A stretch of 64,000 nt of DNA from Trichormus sp. ATA11-4-KO1 (GTDB lineage Bacteria > Cyanobacteriota > Cyanobacteriia > Cyanobacteriales > Nostocaceae), in contig JAHHIM010000055.1 of the NCBI GenBank assembly GCA_019358915.1, positions 96,001 through 160,000 on the forward strand, written 5' to 3'. Under the pieces are notes generated by a model, which saw only the letters and a program-made list of their open reading frames with translations, had not been told where the DNA came from and did no database searches. Shown in pieces: positions 1-9,581 of the stretch; position 1 is the stretch's first letter; the number at the start of each line of letters is the position of its first letter. A program made the position numbers and the translations under genes.

Positions 1-270
1 CGAGAACTGATGATATACTTTGTAGCTACCAATACCTAAGTTAGCCTGGATAGTATCACCCGTATTTTGGTCAACGCCTGCTACAGACATAGCTGCTACT
101 GCTACAGCGCTATCGGTAGCAATAACATTCCAGTTCATGTCAGTATGGTCAGCAGTCCTGACTCTTCCCTGTGCAGAAAGTAGGTCTAGAGTTACGGCAT
201 CCCGTAACCGTAAGTCCACTTCTTGTTCTTCGATTATTTTCGCTAATACTTGAGCAGGCGCGTAAGGCAT
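1..270 (-). CDS. Probable major capsid protein, N-terminal 90 codons (runs off window)
   Basis: Not in ORF track; ATG at 270 opens MPYAPAQVLAKIIEEQEVDLRLRDAVTLDLL... with no stop to base 1; lies directly after scaffold gene. Confidence 0.65.
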   Translation of the reverse strand, partial: MPYAPAQVLAKIIEEQEVDLRLRDAVTLDLLSAQGRVRTADHTDMNWNVIATDSAVAVAAMSVAGVDQNTGDTIQANLGIGSYKVYHQFS

Positions 271-347
271 ATTTCTTTAAGTTAGTGGTTTGAATATGTA
301 GGGCTAACTAGGATCGTTAACCCAAGCAATAATACTACTTAGTCAAC

Positions 348-929
348 TTACAAGCCCATATCAGATATCATGTCATCTACACTGACATCTTTAGGGTTGA
401 CTGGTTGGTTACCTGGTGGTTGTTTTAACCCTGGCGTTCCCGTACCGTTTTGGTGTTGACTCGGTAAGAAGTGTAGACCTTCAGGAGTACCAAAAAACCG
501 GTCTACGGCTTCCGATAACTTAGAGCCATCCTTTGTATACCATTGACCGTCTTTTTGCACAGCGCCATTACGTAGCTCTCGGCTCAGTATTTCACTTACT
601 AACCCTTGGTGTAACACATTACCTTTAGTTGCTAAGGCATCCTTAAGGTTATTACTAAAATGTAAATCTTCAGCCTCTTTAACCCTCTGCTGCTCTCTGG
701 CTTCTGACTCAGCTAACTTAGCCTCTAGCATTTTCAAGCGATTAGCCACAGGGTCGGAGTTATCAGGTTCAGGTTCTGATGCAACCTCAAACTGATTTAG
801 TCGATCATTGATGGGTTTAAGTTGCTCATTAAAATATGACTCAAACTCTGAAAAAGCACCCTTAAGCGCTACTGGTAAGCTAGCGTTAAAAGTGCTTTGG
901 ATTAGTTCTTTGATTTCTTCAGGGGTCAT
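348..929 (-). CDS. Capsid scaffolding protein
   Basis: Coiled-coil acidic protein with Pro/Gly-rich tail, between portal module and capsid; ATG at 929 preferred to TTG at 959. Confidence 0.7.
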   Translation of the reverse strand: MTPEEIKELIQSTFNASLPVALKGAFSEFESYFNEQLKPINDRLNQFEVASEPEPDNSDPVANRLKMLEAKLAESEAREQQRVKEAEDLHFSNNLKDALATKGNVLHQGLVSEILSRELRNGAVQKDGQWYTKDGSKLSEAVDRFFGTPEGLHFLPSQHQNGTGTPGLKQPPGNQPVNPKDVSVDDMISDMGL

Positions 930-961
930 AGTACCTTTTCTTTTATGGTACTTTGTCAAGT

Positions 962-1168
962 TTACATAGGGTCTATGAACTGGTTAATGGCGTTTTCAGT
1001 CTCTATGGGTTGGTCTTCCATGAATAAGTTAAAGCTACCTGCGCGGGTATTTAGGGTAATATATGTCTCCTGCTCAGTAACGCCTATAATATCAAACTGG
1101 TCTATGATTATGCTGGTGGTGTCAGTGGAATCTAGGGATTCAGCCACTTCTAAGGTTATTTGTCTCAT
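962..1168 (-). CDS. Small acidic protein, candidate immunity protein
   Basis: 68 aa, 13 D/E versus 2 R; ATGA overlap with the stop of the upstream nuclease-like gene. Confidence 0.5.
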   Translation of the reverse strand: MRQITLEVAESLDSTDTTSIIIDQFDIIGVTEQETYITLNTRAGSFNLFMEDQPIETENAINQFIDPM

Positions 1169-2571
1169 GGTTTACTAGGGCTGTTAACCTGGTCTTTATT
1201 TCTTAAGTCTAGCATTGTTTTATAGGTCTTGTCCACTTTCTCTAGTGATTTTTCCCAAAGACTCTTAACCTCTAGCTCTGTTATATCCCCATTACTCAGC
1301 CTACGGTTTAGTTCGTTAGTTAACACATTAGACTCTTTACGGTAGACCTCCCGCCAAAAACTATTACGGAAGTTACTAAACCATGGCTCCCTTCCCCCTT
1401 CACCGGTTTTAGGGATGCCAAACTCGGTTAGTTTACCAGTATCCGGATGAATACCTAAAGGGTGATTAGCTTCATATAACTTACGGTTGGTGAAGTCGTG
1501 AGTACCTCCGGCTAGAACCACTAACTGTCTTTCGGATTGTGCTTGTATCTTAATCTCATAGCCCTTAATAGTTTCTCCTTTACGGTTAGTTTTCTCTATG
1601 GGGTTTAGTAGCTCCCTCATTTGACTCTTAGCTTCATCGAGGGTTATTAGACCTCCCTCGTAATCCTTAGTAACATCACTAAACTGCTTATTAGACCACT
1701 GGTCTACGTGATGTATTTGCATCTGACCATAGGGGATTTTTTTACCTTGGTCTGTGGTCATTAAAGATTTATCTATAGACCCGTGTAACGTAGGTTTCCA
1801 TTCAGGGGCAGGGGGGTTAACTGATTTAGCCTCTACGTAGCTAGCGTACTTGGCTAGATCATCCATCACTCGTTCGTTACTCATCTCTCTAAGCTTAGGG
1901 GATAATGACGGTACTCCTCGTACTAACTCTCCTTGGAACTCATAGGTCTTATCTTGGCGGTTTAAGACAACCCTTTTACCGTCTACTATTACGGCATATT
2001 CCCTATTACGTTCTTTTTTCTCCTTAAAGGTCTTATCTCTATCCTTAAGCCGTGGTTGGTTAACCCATAGTTCTACCTTACCGTTTTTTATGGTTATGGT
2101 GTCCTGGCTAGCGGGTGGTCTAGCGGTGGGTAGACGTTTTGCTCTAACCTTGGGTTGTCCAGTGTCCCTTGTGCTGGCTTTAGTCTTCCTAGGTTTCTTA
2201 GTGGTACTTTTAGAGAGAACGGGGGGTTTAGCTTTAGCTTTAGCTTCCGTTCTATCCTTAAGTGCCGACTGCAACCTTTTTCGCTGGTCAATATTTAGTC
2301 TTTGATATAGCTCAAGCCGTGCTTGGTATACCGTAGCTGCTTTTTTAGCAGCATTAAGGGTCATCGATTGCTTTATAATATCGGCGCGGGTGAGCTTACG
2401 CGCCGGGGGTGTCCGGTCAAAGCTAAGTCCCTTTAATCTTGCTTGCTTATTTCTAACGCTACTACGGCGACCTGTAGCGGTATTAGGTAAATCTAGTGTT
2501 TCTGCAAACCGCCCGTTACGGCTTCTAGCGTAGTATGTGCGTACTCTTCCGCCACGGATTACTTTAGCCAT
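1165..2571 (-). CDS. Head-module protein with basic N-terminus and C-terminal HNH/EndoVII-fold (LHH-like) nuclease
   Basis: Motifs QIHHVDQ...LVVLAGGTH...YEANHP...FSNFRNSFWRE resemble LHH toxin nucleases; sits between portal and scaffold. Confidence 0.6.
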   Translation of the reverse strand: MAKVIRGGRVRTYYARSRNGRFAETLDLPNTATGRRSSVRNKQARLKGLSFDRTPPARKLTRADIIKQSMTLNAAKKAATVYQARLELYQRLNIDQRKRLQSALKDRTEAKAKAKPPVLSKSTTKKPRKTKASTRDTGQPKVRAKRLPTARPPASQDTITIKNGKVELWVNQPRLKDRDKTFKEKKERNREYAVIVDGKRVVLNRQDKTYEFQGELVRGVPSLSPKLREMSNERVMDDLAKYASYVEAKSVNPPAPEWKPTLHGSIDKSLMTTDQGKKIPYGQMQIHHVDQWSNKQFSDVTKDYEGGLITLDEAKSQMRELLNPIEKTNRKGETIKGYEIKIQAQSERQLVVLAGGTHDFTNRKLYEANHPLGIHPDTGKLTEFGIPKTGEGGREPWFSNFRNSFWREVYRKESNVLTNELNRRLSNGDITELEVKSLWEKSLEKVDKTYKTMLDLRNKDQVNSPSKP

Positions 2572-4189
2572 TCAAACCCCCTAGAATCCCTAAGGCTTCC
2601 TCTTCAGTAAACCCGTACGCTTCAGCCAAGTCTTTAGTAGTTACCTCTTTAGTTACTTTGTCAGCATCAGGACTTTCTAAGGTTTCTAAAGGTTCATCCG
2701 CGTTACTAATGTCTGCAAAGAGTTCATCTAGCTCTTTCTTAATCTTTTCTTCATCTTCTGGGCTAGCAGTGCCTACCATAAGTTGGGCTAGTTTCCCGTA
2801 GGTAATCTTTTTAGCTGTAGGTGGGACATAGGGTAACTCTTCAATAACCGAAAGCTGGTTGATTAAATCTTCCATCTTATCCACGGAGTAGCTACTTAAC
2901 CCGGTGGCTGTTACCTCAGGTAGCCCTAACATCTTAGATACTATACGGAGTATTGAGTTATACAAAGATATTACCTGTTGACCGTAGTCCTTCATAGAGT
3001 CTTCTAAGAGGCTCATATCCATAGCCTTGGAAGCCCCCGACTGGTCTAGTACACTTGTATTAGCACTAGCAAAATGTAGGGACACTAACTCCTTAATCTG
3101 CTGTTCAATCTTGTCTAGTTGCCCCTGGAGGTTAGCTAGCGCCGACCCAGTAGACTCTACGAACTGATAACCATTACCTACTAAAATATGTGCGTTACCT
3201 GCTAGCCTTAGTTCATTTGCGTAATCTGGCTGCTCATAAGTAATCCTAGGGTCATCGCTGGGGGGGACATCGGGGGGGGTGAATAATCGCTGAACTACCC
3301 CTGATAAATATCCCGCATCCGTCCAAGCATTTTCGATACGCAGGTGCTGTACCTGCTTATTGTAAACTTGTTTACATACCCACTTCTCACTTGGTAGTGT
3401 GAGAGTGGTTATCATTCTCTCATTTAGATTATGTTGCCAGACTTTAGTAGGCTCTAGGTACAGGTTGTCATCATCCCAGGGTAACCATTCTTTTTTCTTA
3501 GCGTCCCATACAGACTTTAGTGTGTCGTAGTAGTTACCCTCGCTATCCTTAGCCACCTTGAGTTTTACCTCAGCTTCATAAATAATATTCTCGTTTAATC
3601 CCCAATAAGTCCATCGACAAATAGTCTTAGGTTGCTGGAATGGCGCTACTTCTGGGTAGTAGTGCTTAGAAATAGCCCAGTCATCACCCCAGTAAGGGAT
3701 ATCTAAAGGGTCATATAAAACTACATAGGGGTTATTAGGTAACCCCTGGGATTCATAGGCAGTTCTAGGAGTGACACCCAAGTCTGGACGGTCTACTGCT
3801 GCCCAAATCCTTGAGTAGTAAAGTAAACCATTAAATATTTCGTGTAGTAGGTTAGCCTCTTTACGCTTGGCAACTTTAGGGCTAGCATTATTGGCTCTAA
3901 AATCAGACCAGAAATCATTATCAGCACCACTAAGGTGTACAGGGCTACCTGCAAGCTTGGCTGAGTACTTGTTGACCGCATCAGACATCACGGGCGTGTA
4001 TGAGAACTTCTGAAGACGCATATGATAGAGTTCGCTGTCTTCGTCAGGTCTCTTAGGTAGATAAAGTTGCACATTACGCTTGATGGCACATACACCCTCC
4101 TTGAGATCCTTGATAGTACGCCAAATAGAGCTGTGTGCCACATAATCCGGATGTTGTATTTCTAAGTCTCTAAGCCTTCTGGTTGACAT
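2564..4189 (-). CDS. Portal protein
   Basis: 541 aa directly downstream of terminase; HPDY..., YLPKRPDE..Y..RL and QSGASKAMD motifs typical of DUF4055-like portals. Confidence 0.85.
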   Translation of the reverse strand: MSTRRLRDLEIQHPDYVAHSSIWRTIKDLKEGVCAIKRNVQLYLPKRPDEDSELYHMRLQKFSYTPVMSDAVNKYSAKLAGSPVHLSGADNDFWSDFRANNASPKVAKRKEANLLHEIFNGLLYYSRIWAAVDRPDLGVTPRTAYESQGLPNNPYVVLYDPLDIPYWGDDWAISKHYYPEVAPFQQPKTICRWTYWGLNENIIYEAEVKLKVAKDSEGNYYDTLKSVWDAKKKEWLPWDDDNLYLEPTKVWQHNLNERMITTLTLPSEKWVCKQVYNKQVQHLRIENAWTDAGYLSGVVQRLFTPPDVPPSDDPRITYEQPDYANELRLAGNAHILVGNGYQFVESTGSALANLQGQLDKIEQQIKELVSLHFASANTSVLDQSGASKAMDMSLLEDSMKDYGQQVISLYNSILRIVSKMLGLPEVTATGLSSYSVDKMEDLINQLSVIEELPYVPPTAKKITYGKLAQLMVGTASPEDEEKIKKELDELFADISNADEPLETLESPDADKVTKEVTTKDLAEAYGFTEEEALGILGGLNG

Positions 4190-4237
4190 AAGGTGTTAAC
4201 CCTGTTAATATAGTAATATATTTAACTAGAAATAGTC

Positions 4238-4453
4238 ATGAAAGTAAATATAGGTGACACTTTAATACATAAGGGTGAGGCAAACCAGAATATTAAAAAG
4301 GTAGCGGTGATCAAAGTCGGGCGAAAGTATGCCTACGTATCTGACGGCTACTCTTCGATTAAGCTGTTAGATATAGGTAATGGCGTATTCTTCGACAGAT
4401 ACCGTGATTACTACTATACTCCTAGTGCTTTTGAGCGTTTCAAAAGTAAATGA
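4238..4453 (+). CDS. Hypothetical protein (counter-oriented, own promoter)
   Basis: 71-aa ORF; TTGACA(4183)-17-TAATAT upstream. Confidence 0.6.
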   Translation: MKVNIGDTLIHKGEANQNIKKVAVIKVGRKYAYVSDGYSSIKLLDIGNGVFFDRYRDYYYTPSAFERFKSK

Positions 4454-4464
4454 AATCATGTCCG

Positions 4465-5739
4465 TCAGCCCACCTTAGTAGCTAGAGCATATCGGGTGGC
4501 ATCACATGTGTGACTAAAGTAACCATCTGCTACGTTATCTGTAAACTGCCCATTTTTATCAGTTAGCCTATGGTAGGCTTCATGCAAATCATAGGCTTCC
4601 ATCCCATCTAAAGAATCAGTAACACTATCGTTAAGACCGGCTGTAAAAAGTAGGTCTTTTTGTTTTATTAACCCGTGTACTTGCCCAATACCTTCCCAGA
4701 TGGGATTATAGCCAGCGATGGCGTTACGATACCCCGGTTCACTACCTAGCGATCGCATGGCTAGAATACTTGATGGTCTACTAGGGTCACAATATGTGTA
4801 ACCTATAGACCATTTTTTAACCAACCTCTTAAAGTTACCATGTAGCACTGGGTCTGTTATAGGCTGGGCATTCCTAGGATCTGCGTTGGGAGACCAGCCC
4901 TCCAAATAGTACCACCGTCTATCTATACCTCTTCCTAGTACGCTAATGTTAGGGTGTAGGTCGCCCCAATCTACCCCGGCTACCACCAGGCTTAACTTAG
5001 GTATATCCCCAAAATATTTATTATCGATACCTAACTCGCTATAGATTTTACCAGGGAAGTCTACGAAGTTAGCCTCGTATTCTTGTCTGAATAACCTAGC
5101 TGGATAAGTCAGCCTGGCTCTCTCTATCTCTTCTCTAGGGATGGTAGGGTTAGCTGATGTCGGGTAAGTAAAGAAAGCCCAGTCTGGGTCATGCTCTGCA
5201 TTCTGGGATAAAACATATAGGTTATTTTGTTTACCTTTAGGGGTACCGGTGAACAAAGCCCGACTACCAGGCGTATCAGACATAGCCGGACGGATAACTT
5301 CGTCAAATGCAATCGGGTGAATATCTTGAGCCTCGTCTAACCACACAAAGTAGAGTTTAAGCCCTCTTAAACGGTCACCGCCTGAGTCATTGGCACCTAC
5401 TATCTTAATCTGCACATCATTAATCAACTTAGCGTACATAGATGTACGGTTGATTTCCTTGACCAGTTTATCTATCCCTGGGCTAGTCAGTATGTTGTAC
5501 AAAGGTTTCCAGATAACTTCCCTAGCCTGGTTAGCCGTAGGTAACACCCCAAGGACGGTTACAGGGAACTTAGGGTCTACTTTACCTTTAAAAGATAAAC
5601 CCCGGATGATTAACTCGGTGATACCTAGGGCAGTTTTGCCGAACCTTCGCCCGTTACAGGTGACCCTAAACCTTTTAGGGTTACTAAAGATTTCCCTTTG
5701 GGCTTCATGTAGCTTAAATGGTACAACTATCTGGCTCAT
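4465..5739 (-). CDS. Terminase large subunit
   Basis: LHEAQ, Walker A GRRFGKT, Walker B VWLDEA, TGTPKG, nuclease VDWG and HTCDATRYA. Confidence 0.95.
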   Translation of the reverse strand: MSQIVVPFKLHEAQREIFSNPKRFRVTCNGRRFGKTALGITELIIRGLSFKGKVDPKFPVTVLGVLPTANQAREVIWKPLYNILTSPGIDKLVKEINRTSMYAKLINDVQIKIVGANDSGGDRLRGLKLYFVWLDEAQDIHPIAFDEVIRPAMSDTPGSRALFTGTPKGKQNNLYVLSQNAEHDPDWAFFTYPTSANPTIPREEIERARLTYPARLFRQEYEANFVDFPGKIYSELGIDNKYFGDIPKLSLVVAGVDWGDLHPNISVLGRGIDRRWYYLEGWSPNADPRNAQPITDPVLHGNFKRLVKKWSIGYTYCDPSRPSSILAMRSLGSEPGYRNAIAGYNPIWEGIGQVHGLIKQKDLLFTAGLNDSVTDSLDGMEAYDLHEAYHRLTDKNGQFTDNVADGYFSHTCDATRYALATKVG

Positions 5740-6050
5740 AAAGTATCCTCTAACGCCATAAGTTGGATACTAACGGTAACTTCAGGGTCTACTGATTCCA
5801 GTTCTGCGAGCCTACTGATTTCTTTATAAACAGCTAGTTTCCCCATGACGGCTTGTAGGGCTACCTGGGGAAACTTCTCTATAACTATTAGTACACCGTC
5901 TTTGACAGACACTTTCTCTTGGGATATACCATCCATACACTGTTGTCGGATGTCCTCAAGTTGCCTGAGGATATCTGGTAGGTCTGCCGCATGTTCCCCT
6001 ACCGAGTCTATGAGCTTCTTAGCTCTAGCTTTGTAGTCCGATTGAGACAT
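5736..6050 (-). CDS. Possible terminase small subunit
   Basis: 104-aa helical protein overlapping the large-subunit start; positional call only. Confidence 0.45.
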   Translation of the reverse strand: MSQSDYKARAKKLIDSVGEHAADLPDILRQLEDIRQQCMDGISQEKVSVKDGVLIVIEKFPQVALQAVMGKLAVYKEISRLAELESVDPEVTVSIQLMALEDTL

Positions 6051-6488
6051 TTATAAATAAATAGTCAAAATATCTGTTAGCGCTTGGCAGAATAGGAGGA
6101 ATAGTGGTAACTTTAAGCCTTCGGTACGCTCTTCTACCTCTAAATACTTCTCACATACTGTACGGTACGATTCTTTTAGCTCTGTACCTTGGAACGTAGT
6201 AAGGTTCTGTTCTTTGCGTCTCGTCAGGTAACGACCTGATATGTTTCTAGTGGCTTCTACAGTATTCTGGTACGCTCTACCGTACTCCTGGGCTATTACC
6301 CGGCTCAGTCCTTGCATCTTGGGGTTACATGCCTCATTACCATATCTAGCTCTAATAGCCGTCCATATAGTAGTTCTAGACCGTCCATATATCCGCCCAA
6401 TCTTTCGTAAAGATAAGCCCTCGTAGACCCAGTGTTGATAAAGTACTTCTGCGTCTGGTAAAGTGGGTAGCTTTTTAGTGGTTGACAT
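6051..6488 (-). CDS. Helix-turn-helix DNA-binding protein
   Basis: EGLSLRKIGRIYGRSRTTIWTAI HTH pattern. Confidence 0.65.
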   Translation of the reverse strand: MSTTKKLPTLPDAEVLYQHWVYEGLSLRKIGRIYGRSRTTIWTAIRARYGNEACNPKMQGLSRVIAQEYGRAYQNTVEATRNISGRYLTRRKEQNLTTFQGTELKESYRTVCEKYLEVEERTEGLKLPLFLLFCQALTDILTIYL

Positions 6489-6522
6489 GGTATAATAAAT
6501 ACATTATGATAGAGGGTTAACA

Positions 6523-6759
6523 ATGTTTACTGGAAGTATCAACAATATTCGCCAATGGTTTTTAGTGGACTCGGTAAAGGCTATGTTCATCGGCACTTTC
6601 GCACGAGTTCACATTTTTAGGACTGACGGGGTTGACAGTGACGGTCAACCAAAGCTTATTCAAGTGCCTTTAGAGACACTAGCGGATTACCAGATTAACC
6701 CGGTACCGCTTGTGACCTCTAAAGTTAAAGCTGAGGTAGAAGAGCGTACTGCCCGTTAA
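6523..6759 (+). CDS. Hypothetical protein (counter-oriented, own promoter)
   Basis: 78-aa ORF; TTGACA(6482)-17-TATGAT upstream. Confidence 0.55.
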   Translation: MFTGSINNIRQWFLVDSVKAMFIGTFARVHIFRTDGVDSDGQPKLIQVPLETLADYQINPVPLVTSKVKAEVEERTAR

Positions 6760-7585
6760 CTAGAACTGGGAACACCCCACCGCTCCAACGTCTTAATACT
6801 TCCTTAAAGTAAGGAAGTAAAGAACGTTCATGGGCGTGTTTAACCGCATCAGCGCCTACTAGTATTTCTTGCCAGCCGTCAAAATGTCTACCTAAAACTA
6901 CATAGTATATGGATAGACTCACAGATCCCTTAATATCGGGGGGATTAGGGGGGTTATCCCAAATGACGACGTAAGGCTCATTCTGGTGGCTTAGCTTATC
7001 TTTGATACGCCTATAATGTAGCTCACTATTGAATGCTTCTATGATGCCTAGGTAATCTGTGCTAACCGTATAGTTTTGTAGCTCGTTGATAGTACAAACG
7101 TTATACTGAGTAGATGGTACAATAGTTTGACTCACCTTAACATCTCCAGGGCTATCCGTGATGTACACGGATGTCCCCGGTGTCTTCCAGGCTAACCATT
7201 CTGCGATCTTCAGGGACTCTTGACGGTCGCCTATAACACAAGTTGGTAGCCCCAGGGTTGCTAAGGTTTCCCAGTTATACTCCTCAATGGTTATGGAAGG
7301 CTCTTGTAACTGCTTGAACTCTACGTTAGTACGTGTTTGAGCGCTTATATCCTCATAGTCGTTTAGGATGTACTTAGTCTGATCTGCAACTTTTACGCTA
7401 CTACGGGCGGCTATGGTAGCCCCAACCCCTATCCCTGTCAGTAACCAGCCCAAGTCTTTTTGTCCAAGCTTCCCAGATACCAGCCCACCTAAGCACGCTA
7501 AGGCTATTGATGTGGCTACAATAGCGGATAGTTTAGAACTATCCAAAGCTTGCTTATAAAAAGCGTAATCAAAAGGTTTAGTCAT
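6725..7585 (-). CDS. Membrane-anchored protein with degenerate P-loop ATPase-like domain
   Basis: Two N-terminal hydrophobic helices; eroded Walker A (CVIGDRQESLK) and Walker B (YVVIWDN). Confidence 0.5.
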   Translation of the reverse strand: MTKPFDYAFYKQALDSSKLSAIVATSIALACLGGLVSGKLGQKDLGWLLTGIGVGATIAARSSVKVADQTKYILNDYEDISAQTRTNVEFKQLQEPSITIEEYNWETLATLGLPTCVIGDRQESLKIAEWLAWKTPGTSVYITDSPGDVKVSQTIVPSTQYNVCTINELQNYTVSTDYLGIIEAFNSELHYRRIKDKLSHQNEPYVVIWDNPPNPPDIKGSVSLSIYYVVLGRHFDGWQEILVGADAVKHAHERSLLPYFKEVLRRWSGGVFPVLVNGQYALLPQL

Positions 7586-7763
7586 CTATCTGTGTCCATA
7601 ACTCAGGGTTGTCTATTTTACAAAGCCATTCACCTTCATCCTTGACTGCGTACCAGGTGCCTCCTACGAGAACTGCTACCTGAGGTATGCTGCTAATAAC
7701 GGTACGGGTAAGTACAAAGGTGCCTGGGCTTGGCTCAACTTCTCTTACTTCTAACCAGTTCAT
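7578..7763 (-). CDS. Small phage protein, DUF551-like
   Basis: MNWLEVREVEP...W pattern; overlaps both neighbours. Confidence 0.5.
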   Translation of the reverse strand: MNWLEVREVEPSPGTFVLTRTVISSIPQVAVLVGGTWYAVKDEGEWLCKIDNPELWTQIDD

Positions 7764-8119
7764 AAGATGGCTAGTATAAATCCCAATAGCGCGCTAGTAG
7801 TGGTAAACAGGCAATCTCTAACCATTGCGGTATCTTTATTAGCAGCTATTACCATAAATACAGCCATGAGTAACCAGAAAGCCCCGAAAGCTACTTGAAT
7901 AGCCACAGGGGTAATGAGCGCTATTTCTGCGGACGCTTTAGCCATAAATAACCACTGAAGACTCACAACGATCGCGTCTATAGGATTGGTAGGTACTGAA
8001 AATAGATTTATCCACTGACTTAGGTTAGGTCGGGTTTCCCTGTTACCTACTACGGTTGCAGTAGGTCTAAACTGAGAGGTCTGAGATACCAGGGGGTTAC
8101 TGTTAGGATTATCTGACAT
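7760..8119 (-). CDS. Membrane protein
   Basis: 119 aa with about three hydrophobic segments. Confidence 0.65.
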   Translation of the reverse strand: MSDNPNSNPLVSQTSQFRPTATVVGNRETRPNLSQWINLFSVPTNPIDAIVVSLQWLFMAKASAEIALITPVAIQVAFGAFWLLMAVFMVIAANKDTAMVRDCLFTTTSALLGFILAIL

Positions 8120-8285
8120 TAAAACCCCTAAGTTTATCTATAACTTCATCTGTACGTTCTTCACGTTGCTGATATACTTTTAGTTTCTCTTCCGTAACCT
8201 TTAATACTTCTGAAGTAGACCATAGTTGCCATGCCAGGAAGCCTGCGCAAGCTATAAAAACTAAAGGATAACTTTTTTCTTCCAT
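8109..8285 (-). CDS. Small single-pass membrane/coiled-coil protein (58 aa)
   Basis: Not in ORF track; MEEKSYPLVFIACAGFLAWQLWSTSEVLKVTEEKLKVYQQREERTDEVIDKLRGFNVR, first gene after the promoter at 8317-8346. Confidence 0.6.
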   Translation of the reverse strand: MEEKSYPLVFIACAGFLAWQLWSTSEVLKVTEEKLKVYQQREERTDEVIDKLRGFNVR

Positions 8286-8341
8286 ACGACCTTAGAGGAA
8301 GTGCTTACTTCCTCTATTATAGCTTAGGTTAACCTGGACTG

Positions 8342-9112
8342 TCAACCCAAGGAATGAGATATTATGTACTTAATCACAGGTAGTGTAAGACAGTTAGCCA
8401 GTGCTAATCTTCGTTTACATTTACGTATACTATCTGTGTAACCCGGTGGTAGCCCTTGGGCATTTTCAAAGTCAACCCATGTCATGGGGGTATACTCGAA
8501 GTCTTGGAAGTAGTCATAGGGTAGTGGGTATTTTTGCCAAGCGTTAGTTTTTATGCTCCTGGTAAGTGTAGGAATATAACTGGAGAACCTATGAGACCCG
8601 GAAGCGGTAACCCTGTAGCCCCAGTGGTGATCTACTCTCTCAATATACCCAGCGTTATTAGGATGCACCACGGGAATGTTAGTCCAGTAGCATCTTAGTT
8701 TGTTTTGTAAAGTCCAGTAGCGGGAGTTAATGATTATATGAGGCACCTCTAAGGCTTCAGAGATCGTGTCTAATATCTTCTTATCTTCCACTATACTCTC
8801 AAATACCCACCATGTAGGGTCGGTCTTGTTCTTAATCCTTAAAGCTTCCCAGAATAGGCTAGAGCGGTACCCATTTAAACCTTTACGTTTACCTACTATG
8901 CTAATGTCTTGGTAGGGGCTACCACATATTAAGTAGTCTATCGGGTCTAAGTTTTTTACATCCCTTATATCCCTAATACCTGGAAACTTTTCACGGGTAA
9001 AGTTAGTCAGCATAGGGTCTACCCCTACTGTGTAATACTCAAAGTCTCCTAAAGTTTCCTGCATAGCTAGCCCAACCACACCTACGTCATCAAACAGGCT
9101 TAATAGCTTCAT
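8342..9112 (-). CDS. C5 cytosine DNA methyltransferase homologue with degenerate catalytic motifs
   Basis: MKLLSLF, CGSPYQDISIVG, RSSLFWE, FESI motifs; PC is PY and ENV is ESI. Confidence 0.8.
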   Translation of the reverse strand: MKLLSLFDDVGVVGLAMQETLGDFEYYTVGVDPMLTNFTREKFPGIRDIRDVKNLDPIDYLICGSPYQDISIVGKRKGLNGYRSSLFWEALRIKNKTDPTWWVFESIVEDKKILDTISEALEVPHIIINSRYWTLQNKLRCYWTNIPVVHPNNAGYIERVDHHWGYRVTASGSHRFSSYIPTLTRSIKTNAWQKYPLPYDYFQDFEYTPMTWVDFENAQGLPPGYTDSIRKCKRRLALANCLTLPVIKYIISHSLG

Positions 9113-9173
9113 CTTCTGGCTCCATTTATATAACTACTATAGTTTGGTTAACTAGGACTGTCAACGCTATTAC

Positions 9174-9563
9174 TTACGGTTTTTTAATATAATCTGCTAG
9201 TCTTTTTATACGCCATGGGTCATCCTTAAGCATACCCAGCGCTACGTTACACTGGGTACATAAAATACCTCTAACTACCCCCGTGGTGTGGCAATGATCT
9301 ATAACAGTATTCTTAGCTTTCCCTGGTGCAGGTATATCATCTTTACACACGTCACACTTACACCCTTGGGCTTCCCATAACTTAACTGCTGTGTATAAAG
9401 TTATACCATACCTAGCTCGTCTCGCTCGGCACTTAGCCCGTTCCGAGTCACAGAGTTTACAAGTATATCTATGCCCTGATAACCTATTAACGTCAGTCGA
9501 GAAGTCTTCTAGAGGTTTAATAACCTGACATTTGGCGCACTTTCGGATTGACTGAATACTCAT
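9174..9563 (-). CDS. Endonuclease VII-family (HNH) nuclease
   Basis: CxxC pairs, RYGIT, IDHCHTTGVVRGILCTQCNVALG. Confidence 0.9.
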   Translation of the reverse strand: MSIQSIRKCAKCQVIKPLEDFSTDVNRLSGHRYTCKLCDSERAKCRARRARYGITLYTAVKLWEAQGCKCDVCKDDIPAPGKAKNTVIDHCHTTGVVRGILCTQCNVALGMLKDDPWRIKRLADYIKKP

Positions 9564-9581
9564 AGATTATTAGGTGATTTT

